Source of the DNA: Pyrodictium abyssi
Lineage (GTDB): Archaea > Thermoproteota > Thermoprotei_A > Sulfolobales > Pyrodictiaceae
Reading direction: 5' to 3'
DNA: 32,000 nt
Assembly: GCF_036323395.1 (NCBI RefSeq)
Contig: NZ_AP028907.1
Location: 330,001-362,000 of the forward strand
How positions within the stretch are numbered: position 1 is the first letter of the stretch; every line of letters starts with the position of its first letter. A program made the translations under genes and the position numbers. The notes under the pieces are model-generated. The model saw only the letters and a list, made by a program, of their open reading frames with translations, was not told the DNA's origin and ran no database searches. Of this stretch, positions 27,484 to 32,000 are shown in pieces.

Positions 27484-27705
27484 ATGTATCCTGAAGACTT
27501 GCTACTGTTGGCCAGCTTTACCACGAACTTGATAGGCATGGCGCTGCTAGCCCTGGTAGCCTCCAGGAAGAGAGCAAGGCTTGACGACACACGGCTGGTA
27601 GATAGGATAAGCAAGGGCGTGGCCGTGCTTGTACTCACTGTGATAGGCCTTGTACTCGCCTTTGCCATGCTACGCCTCCTAGAGCTAGCTGAGCAGAATT
27701 TATGA
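27484..27705 (+). CDS. small two-TM membrane protein
   Basis: DLLLLASFTTNLIGMALLALVASRKRARLDD...ISKGVAVLVLTVIGLVLAFAMLRLLEL. Confidence 0.65.
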   Translation: MYPEDLLLLASFTTNLIGMALLALVASRKRARLDDTRLVDRISKGVAVLVLTVIGLVLAFAMLRLLELAEQNL

Positions 27706-27795
27706 TGCCACGGTACGCGCCAATATCCACGGCTATGAGGAGGGCTAGATATGCTGAAAAGCCGGGCATGATGACGGTTTCTGGTGCCGAGCCGG

Positions 27796-28164
27796 TTATT
27801 CCTCCTCAGCCTCTTCTAGCTCCTCCAGAGCATCCATAACAGCGGTTCTCGCGTCTAGCTTAGCGCTCACGCCAGCGCTGCGTAGAGAATCATAGACCTC
27901 ATGGGCCACCATGCTTATTTCGTCGAGAAGGTCCTCCAGAAACGCTCGCGGATCATCCTCCATGTCAACTACGTCCCTAACGTAGTCCCGGAGCCCCTCG
28001 TACCCAACCTTCACGAGCACGCCGCTGCTCACGGGCCTAACCTCTATGTAGAACGGGGCATCGGGGTGCTTAACCTTGAGAGCCTCCCCTTCTACGCGGA
28101 GTATGTAGCCACGTCTCCTAGCTATAGGCTCGACAAGGCTTCTCAGCTCTTCAGCCTTAGGCAA
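27796..28164 (-). CDS. conserved archaeal hypothetical protein
   Basis: 122-aa ORF, MPKAEELRSLVEPIARRRGYILRVEGEALKVKHPDAPFYIEVRPVSSGVLVKVGYEGLRDYVRDVVDMEDDPR..., acidic C-terminus. Confidence 0.7.
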   Translation of the reverse strand: MPKAEELRSLVEPIARRRGYILRVEGEALKVKHPDAPFYIEVRPVSSGVLVKVGYEGLRDYVRDVVDMEDDPRAFLEDLLDEISMVAHEVYDSLRSAGVSAKLDARTAVMDALEELEEAEEE

Positions 28165-28261
28165 GCTACCCCCAGCACCTCCAGGTACAGCTGTGTAGGC
28201 TAGTCCCTAATGAGGGGAAGGCCGGGAAAGAGGAGGGTGGACACCAGATGTTTGGTAGTGG

Positions 28262-28368
28262 AGCCGGGGCCGGGATTTGAACCCGGGATCAACGGGTCTC
28301 TACGCGATGGGCGGATAGCCCACGGGACCACTGCAGCCCGCCGCCTTCGACCGCTCGGCCACCCCGGC
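28262..28368 (-). tRNA. tRNA-Cys(GCA), 33-nt canonical intron at 28298-28330, encoded CCA at 28259-28261
   Basis: Acceptor GCCGGGG/CCCCGGC, discriminator U (Cys identity), anticodon stem GCGGG/CCCGU and loop CUGCAG^A after removing UGGUCCCGUGGGCUAUCCGCCCAUCGCGUAGAG. CUGC/GUAG central helix with 3-nt bulges AGU and AGA, i.e. BHB-like. T arm CCGGG-TTCAAAT-CCCGG. Confidence 0.93.
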
Positions 28369-28392
28369 GTCCATTACTCCGATAGCACTGGG

Positions 28393-28406
28393 CCGGATTT
28401 ATTAAA
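28393..28406 (-). promoter_or_regulatory. TATA-box region of tRNA-Cys
   Basis: Reverse complement reads GCTTTAATAAATCC, centred about 33 nt upstream of the mature tRNA 5' end. Confidence 0.55.
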
Positions 28407-28535
28407 GCATCGGGGCTCTTACCGACTAGGCGAAGAACGGGGCACTTGCTCGAGTGGTCTAGCCCCTGCTAGCACGATGGCCTAGCGTGTGGTGCGGGAT
28501 GATAGGCTCAGGCGGAGCTGACCCGTAGGGTAGCG

Positions 28536-29645
28536 GTGATGAGTTTAGCCTTGGTTGACCGCAGACAAGTAGTAATCGTGGGGGCCGGGCCAGCGGGCCT
28601 GCTAACAGCGCTAAACCTCCGCGAGGCTGAAGCCCTAGTAGTCGAGGCGTCTAGTAGGCCCGGGTGGCCTCCGCACTGTACTGGGCTTGTGAGCCCAGCA
28701 ACTGCTAGGAGGTTTAACATCCCCGAGGCCGTAACGGAAGCCTACAACGAGGCTGTATTCCTCGATGACCGGCTCCAGGAGATATGCCGTATATCGGGAT
28801 CCCCTCTAGCAGTAAGGCTCTCAAGACCCCTCCTCGAGGAACTTCTGGCGCAGCGCGTGGAGAGCCTTGGTCACCGGATAGCCTACCGGACGAGGGCGGG
28901 TGCACTGCATGCCGACGGGTGTGTACAGCTACACGGCGGCCGCCGAGTCTGCGGGGAATGGGTTGTTGCGGCACTAGGCGCCAATCCCAGAGCAGCGGCA
29001 GTCTTCGGGGCGAGGAATTGCAGGTACCTCCCTGGCTTCGAGGTACGCGTTAGGCTCACAGCACGGGTCTCCGACGATGCTTTCTACACCATACATGGCT
29101 GGCGTGTTGCGCCGCAGTTCTTTGCGTGGGTTGTCCCTCTCCGTGGCGGCCGGGAGGCCCTCATAGGCGTTGGAGGCGATTATGCTGTAGAGAGGCTTGC
29201 TGCGCTAATGCAGCGGCTGGACCGGATGGGAGTAGTGCACGTATCAAGCATAGTTAGCCACCGCGGGGGCCGTATAGTCGAGGGGCCGCCAGCACAGCAT
29301 CCTCTAGCCGGGAAGCTCGCTGGTATAGGCGACGTGCTGTGTGCATCGAAACCGTTCACTGGTGGAGGCCTCTACGCAATATCCATCCTGGCGAAACCGC
29401 TAGCAGCCCTCCTAGAGAAGGGTGAAAAGAGGCTACTGTTGGAAACCTGGGCTAGGCTAAGAAGGGAGCTAGAGGCACAGTACCTCCTTACAAGGGCTGC
29501 GAGGCTGCTGCAGCCGCTCTGGCGGAGGGCTCTCAAGGTGGCCTGCTCGGCGGCCGCTAGCGGCCGCTGTAGCATAGACTATGACGCGCACAGCAGCCTT
29601 GTGGAATGCCTGGCACCGTGGAGGGGGGCTGGCCGGCATGGCTAA
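28536..29645 (+). CDS. geranylgeranyl-reductase-family FAD-dependent oxidoreductase
   Basis: VVIVGAGPAGLLTALNLREAEALVVEASSRPGWPPHCTGLVSPATARRF; GGDYAVERLAALMQRL; GIGDVLCASKPFTGGGLYAISILAKPLA. Confidence 0.88.
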   Translation: MMSLALVDRRQVVIVGAGPAGLLTALNLREAEALVVEASSRPGWPPHCTGLVSPATARRFNIPEAVTEAYNEAVFLDDRLQEICRISGSPLAVRLSRPLLEELLAQRVESLGHRIAYRTRAGALHADGCVQLHGGRRVCGEWVVAALGANPRAAAVFGARNCRYLPGFEVRVRLTARVSDDAFYTIHGWRVAPQFFAWVVPLRGGREALIGVGGDYAVERLAALMQRLDRMGVVHVSSIVSHRGGRIVEGPPAQHPLAGKLAGIGDVLCASKPFTGGGLYAISILAKPLAALLEKGEKRLLLETWARLRRELEAQYLLTRAARLLQPLWRRALKVACSAAASGRCSIDYDAHSSLVECLAPWRGAGRHG

Positions 29646-30495
29646 GAGAAAACTTCTGAGAGAGATAGCTGCCGAGGTCTATGGCCCCGAGAAGGCTGAT
29701 AGGTTCTGGAAGAGAATAGAGATTATAGGCGACATAGCAGTCATACGTAAGCCCTTCGACGTGAATATAGACGAGCTGAAGCCGCTTGCCGAGGCGCTGC
29801 TGAGGAGACTGCCCTACGTCAAGAGCGTATGGGTAACCTCTAGCCCGGTCGAGGGGGAGTATAGGCTCCGGAGCTACACGCACCTTGCCGGCGAGAAGAG
29901 GAGCTGGACGATCTACCGGGAGTACGGCTGCAGCTTCAAGATAGACATAACGAGGGTATACATATCGCCGCGGCTCTCGTACGAGCATCAGCGTATCGCG
30001 CGCCTCGTGAAGCCCGGCGAGACCGTGATAAACATGTATGCTGGCGCGGGGCTCTTCTCGATAATAATAGCTAGGCACTCCAAGCCTGCAAAGGTGTACA
30101 GTATAGACATAAACCCCGAGGCCTACAAGATGATGGTAGAGAACGTGAGGCTCAACAAGCTAGAAGGAATAGTGGTCCCAATACTCGGCGACGCGGCTGA
30201 GGTGGTGGAGAAGCAGCTACAGTCGACAGCCGACAGGATACTGATGCCGCTGCCCGAGTTAGCACTAGAGCACCTCCCGCACGCGCTAAAGGGGCTCCGC
30301 GGTAGAGGCTGGCTCCACGTGTACCTGCACGTCTTCGCCGAGAAGGGCGTCGACCCCAGGAGGAAGGCAGTAGAGATGCTCGCCGAGAGGCTAGACGAGC
30401 TAGGGGCAAGGTACCGTGTAGAACTCAGCCGCGTCGTACGGACAGTCGGGCCTAGGCGCAGCCAAGTAGTAGTAGACGTCCATGTAGAGTCCTAG
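29638..30495 (+). CDS. Trm5/TYW2-family class I SAM-dependent tRNA methyltransferase
   Basis: ATG at 29638 overlaps the previous stop; FKIDITRVYISPRLSYEHQRIARLVKPGETVINMYAGAGLFSIIIA, VYSIDINPEAYKMMVENVRLNK, DRILMPLPELALEHL. Confidence 0.88.
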   Translation: MAKRKLLREIAAEVYGPEKADRFWKRIEIIGDIAVIRKPFDVNIDELKPLAEALLRRLPYVKSVWVTSSPVEGEYRLRSYTHLAGEKRSWTIYREYGCSFKIDITRVYISPRLSYEHQRIARLVKPGETVINMYAGAGLFSIIIARHSKPAKVYSIDINPEAYKMMVENVRLNKLEGIVVPILGDAAEVVEKQLQSTADRILMPLPELALEHLPHALKGLRGRGWLHVYLHVFAEKGVDPRRKAVEMLAERLDELGARYRVELSRVVRTVGPRRSQVVVDVHVES

Positions 30496-30944
30496 CGTAG
30501 AGGTAGCTCAGAGACCTTCTTGGCCGCGAACTCTAGCACCGCGTAGACCTCGTCTTCGGTGTCCCTGGTGACGCCGGTCACTATGACCGAGGCTACTTTC
30601 CCCTCGTCGTCCCTCTCAACAGTGTACTCGAGACCCTCGTAGTCGGCTGCCAGCCTCTCGAGGGCAGTAAGCATGTACCTCACGTAGGGGTGCTGCTCGG
30701 GGACGGGACGGGTAAAGCTTAGCCTAATAGTGTCCCTCGTGGCGACCAGCCTCGCAGCTACGCGTCCATCCCTAGACCGGAACTCTTTGCCGCGGCGTGC
30801 ACCCCGGCCAGCAGGTATGGCTCCCGTGGCGCACTCCTCGAGCAGCGCTAGAAGCTGCTGGTAGAGCTGTAGCCGGGCCTCGAGCTCAGCTATCTCGCGC
30901 TCTAGGAGCTCGCGTAGCTCCTCGAGTCGAGGCTTCTCGGACAT
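30492..30944 (-). CDS. conserved hypothetical protein with N-terminal coiled coil
   Basis: MSEKPRLEELRELLEREIAELEARLQLYQQLLALLEECATGA... followed by a compact alpha/beta domain. Confidence 0.65.
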   Translation of the reverse strand: MSEKPRLEELRELLEREIAELEARLQLYQQLLALLEECATGAIPAGRGARRGKEFRSRDGRVAARLVATRDTIRLSFTRPVPEQHPYVRYMLTALERLAADYEGLEYTVERDDEGKVASVIVTGVTRDTEDEVYAVLEFAAKKVSELPLR

Positions 30945-31148
30945 AGTATGCTCCCCCAGGGAGGAGGCGCCAGGTAGACGCTGAGACGCGTGGTGTAGCC
31001 GCGTGTACCGCCCCCATGCAGGCAGGCGCCCCTCTCCATAGCCTTGTGCTAGTAGGCGCTATTTAGGGGTAGAGGCGCCTAGGAAGGGCATAAAGTGTGT
31101 AGCAGCTAGCCACTATACAAGCCACGGGTAGACGAAGGGGAGGAGTAA

Positions 31149-32000
31149 ATGACCAGGAGGGCTGGTTCTACCAGAGCCTTCTCAGCTGTTGCTCTCTTGT
31201 TGTTCATACTGCTTGGCGTCTACTCTCAGCCGGCGCTCTCCGAGTATAGCGCTAGGATAAAGCTGGGCCTTCTTGCCGTGGACGGCGCCACGGGCAACGG
31301 TATTGTCGTTGACGCGTGGCTCTCTATAACCTCGCCTGGCAGCGGCCGTGTGGTCGTCGAGCCTAGGGACCTCGTAGAGGAGAGTACGGCTCTCTCGACA
31401 CGCGTAGCATTCTACCTAGCTAGCATAGTGGACGGGATAAACCCGGGGCTCTTCGATGTCCGTGTAGAGTTTGAGACCGATACCCCCGTTGGCGGGCCCA
31501 GCGCCAGCGGCTTCATGGCGGCAGCCTCTCTGCTCGCCCTCCGCGGGCTGCTCCCCGACACCGACACCACGATGACCGGGATGGTCTCGTTAACTGGGTT
31601 CATACTACCGGTGGCGGGTGTCAGCGACAAGGTGGCGGCGGCCAAATCTGCTGGCTACAAGAGGGTGCTGGTGCCGCTAAGCGAGGCAGGCAACATCTCT
31701 AACGGGATAGACGTGGAAGGCGTGTGTACCTTCGAGGAGGCAGCGTCGCGCCTCTCTAGCGGCTACGTGTCGGCTCTGACCCATGAGAAGCCCCCAATAC
31801 AGCCCCCCGAGCCCATCCGGGAGAAAGAGGTAGAGTTTAGCCACCACGCTCAGCTCTTCATGGAGAAGGCCACGGCCCTCCTCGACGAGATACCCAGGGA
31901 TGATACCCGCCGTGCAATCATGGCACTACTCGATAAGGCCCGTGAGGCTCTAGACAAAAGCCCCTACAGCGCTGCCAGCATAGCGTTCATGGCGCTGTAC
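31149..32000 (+). CDS. secreted/membrane Lon-like S16 protease, truncated by the window edge
   Basis: Not in the ORF track. ATG 31149: MTRRAGSTRAFSAVALLLFILLGVYSQPALSEYSARIKLGLLAVDGATGNGIVVDAW...VRVEFETDTPVGGPSASGFMAAASLLAL...GMVSLTGFILPVAGVSDKVAAAKSAGYKRVLVPL. GGPSASG Ser and the downstream Lys fit the S16 Ser-Lys dyad. Confidence 0.85.
   Translation, partial: MTRRAGSTRAFSAVALLLFILLGVYSQPALSEYSARIKLGLLAVDGATGNGIVVDAWLSITSPGSGRVVVEPRDLVEESTALSTRVAFYLASIVDGINPGLFDVRVEFETDTPVGGPSASGFMAAASLLALRGLLPDTDTTMTGMVSLTGFILPVAGVSDKVAAAKSAGYKRVLVPLSEAGNISNGIDVEGVCTFEEAASRLSSGYVSALTHEKPPIQPPEPIREKEVEFSHHAQLFMEKATALLDEIPRDDTRRAIMALLDKAREALDKSPYSAASIAFMALY

Noticed and set aside
28262-28368. Class II tRNA (Ser or Leu) reading of the minus-strand tRNA
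   Set aside because: No Ser/Leu anticodon fits the stem and loop; the U discriminator, GCA anticodon and BHB-like intron fit tRNA-Cys.
28508-28570. Box C/D sRNA (ATGATA...CTGA...TGATGA)
   Set aside because: No proper D box; TGATGA coincides with the GTG-ATG start of the geranylgeranyl-reductase-like gene, and the D'-C' spacing is too long.
1-32000. CRISPR array, transposase, integrase or phage genes
   Set aside because: No regularly spaced repeats, terminal inverted repeats, or recognisable transposase/integrase/phage motifs seen in any frame.

Overview
The window looks like ordinary chromosome from a hyperthermophilic crenarchaeon, with Pyrodictiaceae-like codon usage and gene style (taxonomy is inference). 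It is gene-dense and mostly housekeeping: an XPD/Rad3-like helicase, Rio2-like kinase, ArsR-type regulator, macrodomain protein, PhoU/AbrB-type regulator, Lsm/SmAP protein, archaeal SAM synthetase, COG2433/DUF460-like protein, cupin, purine-type phosphoribosyltransferase, GH130-like protein, Trm10-like and Trm5-like tRNA methyltransferases, geranylgeranyl-reductase-like flavoprotein, and a truncated Lon-like S16 protease at the right edge. The accessory-looking part is 4.4-13.1 kb. It holds a complete ABC importer (ATPase, fused permease, Thr-rich-linker binding protein) facing two cell-surface proteins: a coiled-coil anchored protein and a Thr-rich anchored metallophosphoesterase. There are two tRNA genes: tRNA-Val(GAC), and tRNA-Cys(GCA) with a 33-nt intron at 37/38. 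The most unusual signal is a subtilisin-family gene at about 17.0-18.2 kb. Its catalytic motifs are all conserved but spread over three frames, joined by two +1 shifts. Each shift falls at an in-frame CCC codon inside a C5 run, followed by T or C. Several GC-rich structured intergenic segments are possible ncRNAs. I saw no CRISPR array, transposon or obvious defence system.
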